Shown here one piece after another: positions 16,561-25,008 of a stretch of 32,000 nt of DNA. Origin of the DNA: Thermofilum adornatum (GTDB lineage: Archaea > Thermoproteota > Thermoprotei > Thermofilales > Thermofilaceae); contig NC_022093.1 in assembly GCF_000446015.1 (NCBI RefSeq), forward strand, positions 1,290,001 to 1,322,000, in the 5' to 3' direction. A program made the position numbers and the translations under genes. Every line of letters starts with the position of its first letter. The stretch's first letter is position 1. Under the pieces are notes generated by a model. That model made no database searches. It was given only the letters and a program-made list of their open reading frames with translations, and had not been told where the DNA came from.

Positions 16561-19032
16561 GTGGTCTCAGTAAAAACAGGCAGGGGTTTCGCCTACCCTG
16601 AATATGAACCATTCTATCCGCCCGAGCCTCCCTACGAGCTACTCAGAGTAAAGGCTGAAATAGACGTTGACTTAGCATCTAGGTCAATTGAGGGCAAAGC
16701 TCTGAACGTCTTAAAGTGTACAGGTGCCTGTGAAAAGATCGTCTTCCACGCAGTAGACATGAAGATAGAGGAAGTCAGAATCAACGGTAAACAGGCTTCC
16801 TACACGTATACCGGTAAAGAACTAGAAATATACCCCGAAAAGGCTACAAGTGGAGACATACTGGAGGTACAAATAAGTTACAAAACAGTCGAGCCCAGGG
16901 CTGGGGTCTGGTTTATCCCCACAGATAAGGGTAAGCCCTACCTAGCATATACCCAAGGACAGCCAGAAGACACGAGGTTCTGGCTTCCCACATATGATTT
17001 CCCCAACAGAAAGACAGTCGTAGAGTTGGTTATCAGGGCTCCCAAGGGGCTAAAGGCGCTAAGCAATGGAAAGCTAATCGAGCATGCAATTGGGGGAGAA
17101 AAGGAGAAGTGGGTCTATAGGCTTGACTCGAAGATACCTACCTATCTCATAGCATTCGCTGTGGGGGACTTCTATGTAAAAGAGGACGAGTACAACGGCG
17201 TCCTTCTCCAATACGCTGTGCCCAAGGGAAGGGAAGCAGACATCGAGAGAAGCTTCTCGCAGACAAAAGACATGATAAGGCTCTTTGAAGAATACACGGG
17301 CGTAAAATACCCCTACCCCAAGTATAGCCAAGTATGTGTTGACGACTTTGTGGCAGGGGGAATGGAAAACGCGTCCATAACGATTCTGACAAGTGCAACG
17401 CTACACGACGAGAAAGCACACATAGACTTTAGGAGCGAGCCACTAGTATCACACGAGCTGGCACACCAGTGGTTCGGGGACCTTGTAACATGTAAAGACT
17501 GGAGCCACCTGTGGCTGAACGAGGGCTTCGCTACTTTGATGGAAGCCATATGGCGGAGACACGAGCTCGGAAAAGACGAGTTTGTCTACGACCTCATAGG
17601 CATGATGGACTCTTATCTTGCTGAGTACGGGAGATACGCCAGGCCCATAGTTACACGTGTATACAAGTATCCCGACGAGATGTTTGACTCGCACAGCTAC
17701 CCCAAGGCCGCCCTAGTCCTTTGGTCCCTAGCTAGCATAATTGGTGAGGAAAACTTCCGTAAAGGTATAAAGAGGTACCTAGAGGCAAAGCGTGAACAAA
17801 ACGCTGAAACAGAAGAGTTCCGGAGATTCATGGAGGAAGCTTCAGGCCTCAAGCTGGACTGGTTCTTCGAGCAATACGTTTACAACGCAGGGCACCCCTC
17901 CTTAAAGGTATCCTACAAATGGGACGACAAACAGAAAATGCTGGAACTAAAGATTACACAGACACAGGGAGAGGACTCCTTGCCAAAATACAGGCTTCCA
18001 CTCGAACTTGTCATCCTAGGGCAAGACTACAAAGAAGAGAGAAAATTTTTGATAGACGAAAAACAGTACACGTTAAACCTTCAATTGCCTTCAAAACCCA
18101 AAGCGGTATGCATAGACCCAGAATTCAAAATCCTCAAAGCCCTCTCACTAGACCTCCCACCAGAAGAGCTCCTCGCCATAATAGGCTCCTGCCCATACCT
18201 TTACCCGAGAGTTATAGCGGCTAGGGAGCTATCCAAGAAAGCCTCACCTGTCCACATCGATGAATTGGCAAAAATACTTCTCGCAGAAGAAGAGTTCTGG
18301 GGGCTCAGAAGCGAGGTAGCCCAGACCATTGGCTCAATAGGCGGGCAAAAAGCAAGAGACGCGCTTCTGAACGCTTTAAGCCACGTAAAGCATCCACGGG
18401 TCAGGAGAGCCATAGTCAGGGCACTAGCCAACTTCAAGGAGAAACCCGTCGCTGATACCCTATCAAAGATCCTCCTCGACGAAAACGAGAGCTACTATGT
18501 AAGGGCAGAAGCAGCCGCAAGTCTAGGCAAAATAGGGTTAAAGGAATATGTGGACATCCTAGCCAGAGCACTAGAAACGAAGTCCCACAACCACGTAATT
18601 GCGGCCACTTCTCTCGATAGCATAGCCCTGCTCTTAGGAGACGAAGCCCTCGCAACAGTCGAGAAATACCTATCGCCAGACACACCCATGCCACTCAGAC
18701 GGGCAGCAATCGCCTCGCTCGGCTACATGACGCCCACTCAGAGGGTCATCTCTTTGCTCGAAGAGGCCTCGAGGAGCAGGCACCCACACGTAAAGCTAGC
18801 AGTTGTCTCAGCTTGTACTAGGATACTGTCTCCAAAAGTGATGCCCATACTCGAGAAACTCCAGCAAGACGTTTCTGGAAGGGTAGCAAGGAACGCAAGG
18901 GACGCGCTCGAACAAGTCCGCAAGCACGTTGAGAAGGGGGAGGAGTACAGGAAGCTCAGAGAAGAAATAGACAAGCTCAAGGAGGAAGAGAGAAGGCTAA
19001 GCGAGAGGATAGAAAGGCTCGAAAAGAAATAG
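16561..19032 (+). CDS. M1-family zinc aminopeptidase fused to C-terminal HEAT-like repeats and a coiled-coil tail
   Basis: 'GGMEN' exopeptidase motif and 'HELAHQWFGD...WLNEGFA' zinc site. The C-terminal third has repeated 'VR..A..ALG' HEAT/PBS-lyase-like units and ends in 'EEYRKLREEIDKLKEEERRLSERIERLEKK'. GTG start about 30 nt after the TATA-like 'ACATAAATAAAG'. Confidence 0.9.
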   Translation: MVSVKTGRGFAYPEYEPFYPPEPPYELLRVKAEIDVDLASRSIEGKALNVLKCTGACEKIVFHAVDMKIEEVRINGKQASYTYTGKELEIYPEKATSGDILEVQISYKTVEPRAGVWFIPTDKGKPYLAYTQGQPEDTRFWLPTYDFPNRKTVVELVIRAPKGLKALSNGKLIEHAIGGEKEKWVYRLDSKIPTYLIAFAVGDFYVKEDEYNGVLLQYAVPKGREADIERSFSQTKDMIRLFEEYTGVKYPYPKYSQVCVDDFVAGGMENASITILTSATLHDEKAHIDFRSEPLVSHELAHQWFGDLVTCKDWSHLWLNEGFATLMEAIWRRHELGKDEFVYDLIGMMDSYLAEYGRYARPIVTRVYKYPDEMFDSHSYPKAALVLWSLASIIGEENFRKGIKRYLEAKREQNAETEEFRRFMEEASGLKLDWFFEQYVYNAGHPSLKVSYKWDDKQKMLELKITQTQGEDSLPKYRLPLELVILGQDYKEERKFLIDEKQYTLNLQLPSKPKAVCIDPEFKILKALSLDLPPEELLAIIGSCPYLYPRVIAARELSKKASPVHIDELAKILLAEEEFWGLRSEVAQTIGSIGGQKARDALLNALSHVKHPRVRRAIVRALANFKEKPVADTLSKILLDENESYYVRAEAAASLGKIGLKEYVDILARALETKSHNHVIAATSLDSIALLLGDEALATVEKYLSPDTPMPLRRAAIASLGYMTPTQRVISLLEEASRSRHPHVKLAVVSACTRILSPKVMPILEKLQQDVSGRVARNARDALEQVRKHVEKGEEYRKLREEIDKLKEEERRLSERIERLEKK

Positions 19033-19092
19033 AACTCTATCTGGACAAATAATTTATATATAACCACTAAAGGATATTTCTTGGCTGATCAC

Positions 19093-19392
19093 ATGAATAA
19101 AGACCAACTTATAGGTTGGGTTCTAGCAATCGCCTCCATAATAGTCATAGTCCTGTATGGATGGCTCGTCTTCTTCACACAATGGTCACTCTTTCTCCTA
19201 CAGCTAACAGGATTCATAGCTATTGCCGGTGTCTTCGGCATACTTGCATGGATCGGCTATACATTAGCCACGACGCCTCCTCCGAAGCCGATAGAGGAAA
19301 TTGAAAAAGAGATAGAGGAAGAACTAAAGAAGCTTGAACAAGAAGCACAGCAACAGCAACAACAGCCCCAGCAAGGCGCAACCACAAGCTAA
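19093..19392 (+). CDS. Hypothetical small membrane protein (2 TM) with acidic/poly-Gln tail
   Basis: Two hydrophobic helices followed by 'EEIEKEIEEELKKLEQEAQQQQQQPQQGATTS'. The track starts at TTG 19081; I prefer ATG 19093. The TATA-like 'ATTTATATATA' is at 19052-19062. Confidence 0.5.
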   Translation: MNKDQLIGWVLAIASIIVIVLYGWLVFFTQWSLFLLQLTGFIAIAGVFGILAWIGYTLATTPPPKPIEEIEKEIEEELKKLEQEAQQQQQQPQQGATTS

Positions 19393-19487
19393 GCAAAAAT
19401 ACTTTATACTCCATATTTAGGCTAAGAATTTTCTTGTGCCACGGCTTTCGATAATGTTTTTAATGTAGACATATTTTTAGATAGCGT

Positions 19488-20459
19488 ATGGAGTATACAT
19501 ATCTCGGCAAAACAAAAGAAAAGATTTCTAGGATTGGTCTCGGCGGCTGGCAATTCAGCGAAGCCTGGGGCTTGACAGACTACGAGAAAGCAAAGACGGT
19601 TATCGGCGAAGCATCTAGACAGGGCATTAATTTTTTTGACACGGCGATGGTTTACGGGAACGGCAGGAGCGAGAGCTTCCTGGGCAGAGCAATGAAAGAG
19701 CTTGGCATAAAGAGAGACGAGGTAATAATAACGACCAAGATACCTGCAGAGTTTCTGAACCCAATAGACATCCATAAGGCTATCGAGCATTCCCTAAAGC
19801 TCCTAGGAACAAGCTATGTTGACGGTCTACTAGTCCACTGGCCTCCAGCCTGGCACAACTATCCAACCAGAGTTTATGCAAGGGAGCTCGAAAAGCTTGT
19901 AAACGCTGGTCTCGTGAGATACCTGGGTCTAAGCAATTACCCCGTAGAGCTTGTAGAGAGCTTCAGGTCATCTCTAGCGAGAAGCGACATAGAAATTTTC
20001 CAGTACAGGTACAATCTAGCTGAGAGATGGGCAGACGTCGAGATAGTCCCCTACGCGGAAAAACACTCGATAACCATGCAGGCATGGAGCCCAATAGCTA
20101 AGGGCGCACTTACAGGGAAATACACCCCCGAAAATCTGCCAAAGTTTACGGATGTAAGGTCAAGGGAAGCCGTCTTCCACCCAGACAACTTCAAAGACGT
20201 ATGGGGTCTAGTCCAACTAATAAACAGGATTGCCGCTAAGTACTCAAAGTCCCCAGTCCAGGTAGCTCTCAACTGGCTGGTCTCAAGTAGCCCCGTCGTC
20301 GTCCCAATACCTGGGGCAAAGTCCCCAGAACAAGTCCAAGAGCTAGCTGGAAGCGTTGGCTGGAGACTAAGCCACGAAGACTGGCAACAAATAGATGAAG
20401 CAAGCAGGAAAATACAGATCTCATACTCGTTTTACTACTTGGAATCAAACCCCATTTAA
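19488..20459 (+). CDS. Aldo/keto reductase family oxidoreductase
   Basis: AKR catalytic tetrad context: 'FFDTAMVYGNGRSE' (Asp, Tyr), 'TTKI' (Lys) and 'LLVHWP' (His). The 323-aa length is typical. Confidence 0.9.
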   Translation: MEYTYLGKTKEKISRIGLGGWQFSEAWGLTDYEKAKTVIGEASRQGINFFDTAMVYGNGRSESFLGRAMKELGIKRDEVIITTKIPAEFLNPIDIHKAIEHSLKLLGTSYVDGLLVHWPPAWHNYPTRVYARELEKLVNAGLVRYLGLSNYPVELVESFRSSLARSDIEIFQYRYNLAERWADVEIVPYAEKHSITMQAWSPIAKGALTGKYTPENLPKFTDVRSREAVFHPDNFKDVWGLVQLINRIAAKYSKSPVQVALNWLVSSSPVVVPIPGAKSPEQVQELAGSVGWRLSHEDWQQIDEASRKIQISYSFYYLESNPI

Positions 20460-20636
20460 AAACCCAATAAAAAAGGGATTCTTTTTTCTTCTTTCCAACC
20501 TACTTAGAATCTTAGCTGACTGGAATAGGCACAGGTGTGCGTTGTATCATGTGCTTAGATATAGACTTCCCTTTCACTTCCAAAGATTTTATGGATAAAC
20601 TTGAAATAGCAGTAAAAAGTACTTATCTCGATAAAC

Positions 20637-21968
20637 ATGCCAGAAGAGTTTGAGCCCTATCACACATATGTGGCTAAGAATTATTCTCCTGACCTAAAAC
20701 AGGAAGTCGTTGTCACTTTTAGAGTTACTCCAGCGGAGGGCTTCACGATAGAGGATGCCGCGGGCGGCATAGCTGCAGAGAGTAGTGTAGGCACGTGGAC
20801 AACGCTATACGAATGGTACGACAGAAACAGGCTTGAAAAGCTGAAGGGCAAGGCATACTTCTTTGAAAGCCTCGGAGACGGCTCCTACATTGTAAGGGTA
20901 GCTTACCCGGTAGAGCTCTTCGAGGAAGGTAACATGCCCGCTTTTCTCGCATCTGTCGCTGGAAACATCTTTGGAATGAGAAGGGTGAAATCCCTAAGGG
21001 TCGAGGACATATACATGCCTGAACAATTCCTAAAGCACTTTAAGGGTCCGAATCAGGGTATCCAAGGTGTAAGGGAAAGACTAAAAATTTATGATAGGCC
21101 CATAGTCGGCACAGTTCCAAAACCAAAGGAAGGCTACACAGCAGAAGAAGTGGGGAAACTGGCCTACGAGATACTTGTAGGAGGCATGGACTTCATAAAG
21201 GACGACGAGAACCTTGCGAGCCCGAGCTTCTGCAGGTTCGAGGCGAGGGCAAACGCCATAATGAAGGCAATCGACATGGCGGAAAAGGAAACAGGCGAAA
21301 AGAAGACGTGGCTCGCAAACATAACTGCAGACGTGCGGGAAATGGAGAAAAGGCTAAAGCTAATCGCAGACCTAGGTAACCCCCACATAATGGTAGACGT
21401 CGTCATAGCTGGGTGGTCTGCCTTAACCTATATAAGGGACCTTGCAGAAGAACACAAACTGGCCATACACGGGCACCGAGCATTCCACGCGGCATTCACG
21501 AGAAACCCGTACCACGGCATATCCATGTTCACCCTTGCAAAGCTCTATCGCGTAATAGGAATAGACCAGCTACACGTAGGCACACCGGAAGTTGGAAAGC
21601 TAGAGGCTAAAGCAATAGACGTCATTAGGAACGCAAGAGTACTGCGAGACCCCGTATACAGGCCAGACGTCGAAGACAGCATCCATCTAGCCCAGCCCCT
21701 GACAATGTTCAAGCCAGCATTCCCAGTGGCCAGCGGTGGACTACACCCCGGAACGCTTCCAGCAGTGATAAAGGCTATGGGCATGGACATAGTCATACAG
21801 GTCGGGGGCGGAACATTGGGCCACCCCGACGGGCCACGTGCAGGTGCAGCAGCTGTAAGACAGGCAATAGAAGCATACATGACTGGTGTAACCCTACAGG
21901 AATACGCTAAGACCCACAGGGAGCTTGCAAGGGCCCTAGAAAAGTGGGGCACAGTTGTCCCTGTCTAA
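20637..21968 (+). CDS. rbcL: Type III ribulose-1,5-bisphosphate carboxylase/oxygenase large subunit
   Basis: Near-colinear resemblance to archaeal type III RbcL: 'FRVTPAEGFTIEDAAGGIAAESSVGTWTT', 'GGMDFIKDDENL' (carbamylated Lys context), 'AIHGHRAFHAAFTRNPYHGISMF' and 'GGGTLGHPDGPRAGA'. The 443-aa length is as expected. Confidence 0.97.
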   Translation: MPEEFEPYHTYVAKNYSPDLKQEVVVTFRVTPAEGFTIEDAAGGIAAESSVGTWTTLYEWYDRNRLEKLKGKAYFFESLGDGSYIVRVAYPVELFEEGNMPAFLASVAGNIFGMRRVKSLRVEDIYMPEQFLKHFKGPNQGIQGVRERLKIYDRPIVGTVPKPKEGYTAEEVGKLAYEILVGGMDFIKDDENLASPSFCRFEARANAIMKAIDMAEKETGEKKTWLANITADVREMEKRLKLIADLGNPHIMVDVVIAGWSALTYIRDLAEEHKLAIHGHRAFHAAFTRNPYHGISMFTLAKLYRVIGIDQLHVGTPEVGKLEAKAIDVIRNARVLRDPVYRPDVEDSIHLAQPLTMFKPAFPVASGGLHPGTLPAVIKAMGMDIVIQVGGGTLGHPDGPRAGAAAVRQAIEAYMTGVTLQEYAKTHRELARALEKWGTVVPV

Positions 21969-22191
21969 CCCCTCGTGCTAGTTTCCTCCTCGTTGTCTAA
22001 CTTGGTGCCATGGGGGGGACTTAAGCTATTCTTTTATGTTGTGTCTCCAGTATAACATTTGAAACGCTTAGCTCCCCTTGGCTAAATTTCAATTTAACAA
22101 AGGCGTAAAAATATCCTATACAAGTATTGGCACAAAGAATACGCCTATAACTCTTAGAAGTCTTTTTATTTTACGTATCCAAAAAATTGTT

Positions 22192-23010
22192 ATGGGCGGA
22201 GCTCAAAAGGAGAAGGCTCCACAAGAAGATAATCTAGAGTTCTACCTCGAGAGGCTTCGAAAGGCAGAGAATGAAAACAGTCTCTTGTTGATACTGCTGG
22301 TTATCCTAGTTTTACCTGTGGTTTTTCTAGGCTTTATTGGTGCTCTTTTATACGTGTTCATAATAATTGGTCTTGTTATCCTGATAGGAAAGGAGAGGTC
22401 GCCTTGGATTTACCAAGAGACAATAACTGTGAAGAATGCTGGCAGAGAGTGGAGGAAAATAGCCGAGGATGTTCCAAGGCTTTTTCAAAGATATACCCTG
22501 CAAAATATTGCATGGAACATTTCCGGTAACAAGCTTACCATCAATCTGAATTTAGAAACAAGTGTAATTGAGCATTCTCAATATGGCTCCTATGCAAGAA
22601 GCGTGAACTTGGGTCCCTTTACGGTTGAAGCACTCTTTGAGGACAAAAATGGCGACTTGGTTGTACAGATCAGATACCATGGCAAGCCACCAGTGATGAG
22701 GGGTAGCATAGCGGCCGAGGTATACGAAAAGATTATTATGGCGTTTAGGCTCGCTGTAGAAGACGCTTCTGCCCAGCTAAAGTCCCAGTCAAAGAACATA
22801 TCAGATTTCGCCCAGCTGGCTGAGCTTCTCGCCTCGAAAGGAATCGTTGTAGCAGAGGTACGGTGCCCCTATTGCGGCGCAAGCATCGAGCTACCAAAGG
22901 AGGGAGACACAGTAAAGTGTCCCTATTGCGGAGCAACACTAAAAGTAATCGATGTCTATAAGGTCTTGCTGGAAATATTTAGAGAAGAGGCTAGCCAAGA
23001 ATCCAACTAA
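22192..23010 (+). CDS. Hypothetical membrane protein (2 TM) with C-terminal CPYCG...CPYCG zinc ribbon
   Basis: The track ORF begins at TTG 22078. ATG 22192 lies about 25 nt downstream of 'TTTTTATTTTA' (22163-22173), consistent with a leaderless start. Two hydrophobic helices, a soluble domain, then 'CPYCGASIELPKEGDTVKCPYCGATL'. Confidence 0.6.
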   Translation: MGGAQKEKAPQEDNLEFYLERLRKAENENSLLLILLVILVLPVVFLGFIGALLYVFIIIGLVILIGKERSPWIYQETITVKNAGREWRKIAEDVPRLFQRYTLQNIAWNISGNKLTINLNLETSVIEHSQYGSYARSVNLGPFTVEALFEDKNGDLVVQIRYHGKPPVMRGSIAAEVYEKIIMAFRLAVEDASAQLKSQSKNISDFAQLAELLASKGIVVAEVRCPYCGASIELPKEGDTVKCPYCGATLKVIDVYKVLLEIFREEASQESN

Positions 23011-23075
23011 CCCAAGTAAAAACAGGACGCTAAGTCTCGGAGAGATTATACAGAATAACATTTAACTTTTAGGGA

Positions 23076-24629
23076 CTAACCACCCGTCGCCTTTTGGAGT
23101 GGTATTGCGGCAGTTTCTTTTTCTGTCTTTTCCTTGAGGAACTCTTCGATGACCGTATCTATGTTGGCGGTTTTACGCTCGACATATGAGATAAACGAAT
23201 TCAAGAAAAACCTCAGAGGTGCGTAGCGTAGCCCCTCGAAATAGAACTTTGACATGATATCCCTTGCCCAGTACAAGTCATGTTGCAGGCAGGCCTTCAT
23301 AACTTCGATGTGCTCACGGGTAATCGATTCGCGCCTAAACTTATCGATGTTCTTCAAGGCGCCCATTGGCACGAAAAACATTGGAACAATAAGGCTCCTA
23401 TAGCTCTTCAATTCGTCGATGAGCTCGGCTGTCTTTAAGACGTCGTCGGGAGTTTCTTCCGGCAGTCCAAGAATAACCGTAGCTGCGGGGATCACATGGT
23501 TGTCATGCATGATTGCAAAGGCATCTTTTACTATTTCGGGCCACTCCTCGGCCTTGTAAGGTGAAGCCTTTGCAGGCATAATCTTTTTAGCAAGGTTGAC
23601 GCTTCCAGTCTCTATTCCCACTTCTACGCCTAACATTTTCTGTCTTTCTGAAATCATTTCCATGAGCGTCGAGATTAGCTTATAGTTTTCCTCAGAATAC
23701 TTTATGGCCGAAAGACTCGCATGCGCCCAAGCAATCGTCCCAGGAATCTTTTTTAAAACCTCTTGATGCAGCTTGATTAAGGGCTCTGGGCGTGGTTTCA
23801 CCCCGTCAGCCCCATACAGCAAAACGTCCTCGCTGTGAAGCACCACATTTTTAATGCCAGCCTTCAGGTTAACTTCTATTTCCTGGAGAATCTTTTCTAT
23901 GGGAATAAATCTAAGCGGCCTGAGTGTCACGCTACAGAACCTGCATCCCCTTGGACAGCCACGCATTATCTCGACAAGCCCATTAACACTTGCACCTTTA
24001 ATTGTGGGTATCTCCTCGATTCTTGGGGCTTCTCGTGGAGATACATATACATATCTTGGTAGCTCTTCGCCCCTAAGAGCCTTTTCAACAAGCTCGACTA
24101 CAACCCTTTCACCCTCACCATCCACAACTGTGTCTACTCCCCACTTCTCCCACAAACCAAGCTCCCACAGCCACTGCCAAGCCGCTGGACCCCCGGCAAT
24201 AATTTTTACGCCCCTTTTCTTGGCTTCTCTAACAACGGGAGATTCCATAAGTCTTATGAAGCTCCTCCTGTTAACAGGCTCCTGGCCTGTTATAAGCCAC
24301 CACTCGCTACTCGGCGGGCCGTAGGCAAAGTAGTCGTGATGACTTAACAGCAATACTTTCATTGTGTCTAGATGCTTGCCTAGGTGGTCGGGGTCAACTA
24401 TGGCCGCGTTGTAGCCCGCGTCCTGTAGCTTGGCCTCTATTTTTCGAAGGCCATACGGCGCAATTAAGGGCCTACCCAGCTTGTCAACCTTCGGCTTGGG
24501 GCAACAAGCCCATAGCCACAACTGCTCTGGTACTCCTATAGCTGGACCGGTAGCCATGAAACCGATAAATTCTTTGCCGTGATGGTCGCTCATCATTGTT
24601 CTGTCCGTTGTTAAAACCACCTCGAACAT
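23076..24629 (-). CDS. Radical SAM enzyme with N-terminal B12-binding-like (flavodoxin-fold) domain
   Basis: 'CPRGCRFC' is a CX3CX2C motif. The N-terminal 'KVLLLSHHDY...VKIIAGGPAAWQ' pattern is typical of class-B-like rSAM N-domains. There are only about 6 Cys in total. Confidence 0.85.
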   Translation of the reverse strand: MFEVVLTTDRTMMSDHHGKEFIGFMATGPAIGVPEQLWLWACCPKPKVDKLGRPLIAPYGLRKIEAKLQDAGYNAAIVDPDHLGKHLDTMKVLLLSHHDYFAYGPPSSEWWLITGQEPVNRRSFIRLMESPVVREAKKRGVKIIAGGPAAWQWLWELGLWEKWGVDTVVDGEGERVVVELVEKALRGEELPRYVYVSPREAPRIEEIPTIKGASVNGLVEIMRGCPRGCRFCSVTLRPLRFIPIEKILQEIEVNLKAGIKNVVLHSEDVLLYGADGVKPRPEPLIKLHQEVLKKIPGTIAWAHASLSAIKYSEENYKLISTLMEMISERQKMLGVEVGIETGSVNLAKKIMPAKASPYKAEEWPEIVKDAFAIMHDNHVIPAATVILGLPEETPDDVLKTAELIDELKSYRSLIVPMFFVPMGALKNIDKFRRESITREHIEVMKACLQHDLYWARDIMSKFYFEGLRYAPLRFFLNSFISYVERKTANIDTVIEEFLKEKTEKETAAIPLQKATGG

Positions 24630-24636
24630 TCCTTAT

Positions 24637-24909
24637 TCACCCCTCGAGACTAGATGTTTTACCCAACTCTAACAACTCGTAGCCTGTCTCCAGCGATTCC
24701 GGGCAACTCAAATATATTTCGAGACCTATCGATATATTGTTGCTTATAAACTCGGCCAGTTTTCCCAACATTTCGATTCCCCCCTCATCACACAGGTAGA
24801 TAACTAGGTCTGCAGGGTGATTGCTTGCAATAAACCGCATCAATGATTTGTATACCGTCTTAGGGTCTGCATTGTGGAGACCCTTCAAAACCAGAGTTGC
24901 ACGATTCAT
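24637..24909 (-). CDS. Hypothetical small protein (90 aa) translationally linked to the radical SAM gene
   Basis: ATG start, and its stop is 7 nt before the rSAM ATG. The 'DLVIYLCDEGG' pattern weakly recalls DsrE/DsrH-fold proteins; this resemblance is very tentative. Confidence 0.5.
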   Translation of the reverse strand: MNRATLVLKGLHNADPKTVYKSLMRFIASNHPADLVIYLCDEGGIEMLGKLAEFISNNISIGLEIYLSCPESLETGYELLELGKTSSLEG

Positions 24910-25008
24910 TTTGCTCGCCAGATTTCGATTTTTCTGGAAATCAACTACTGTGATGAAAGAAAAATATAAATATTTAATGCTAGATCCTCAAAGGAAAAAC
25001 TGCTGAAA

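Noticed and set aside
20395-20598. A 67-aa ORF spanning the aldo/keto reductase 3' end and the rbcL upstream spacer
   Set aside because: It overlaps the end of a well-supported gene out of frame and runs through an AT-rich promoter region with no motif. It is likely spurious.
23076-24629. Identification of the B12-domain radical SAM enzyme as the tetraether lipid synthase (Tes/GDGT-MAS) because it sits near egsA
   Set aside because: The protein has only about six cysteines, with a single CX3CX2C motif. That is too few for the several auxiliary Fe-S clusters and additional iron site that I recall being reported for that enzyme. I kept only the generic lipid-tailoring hypothesis.
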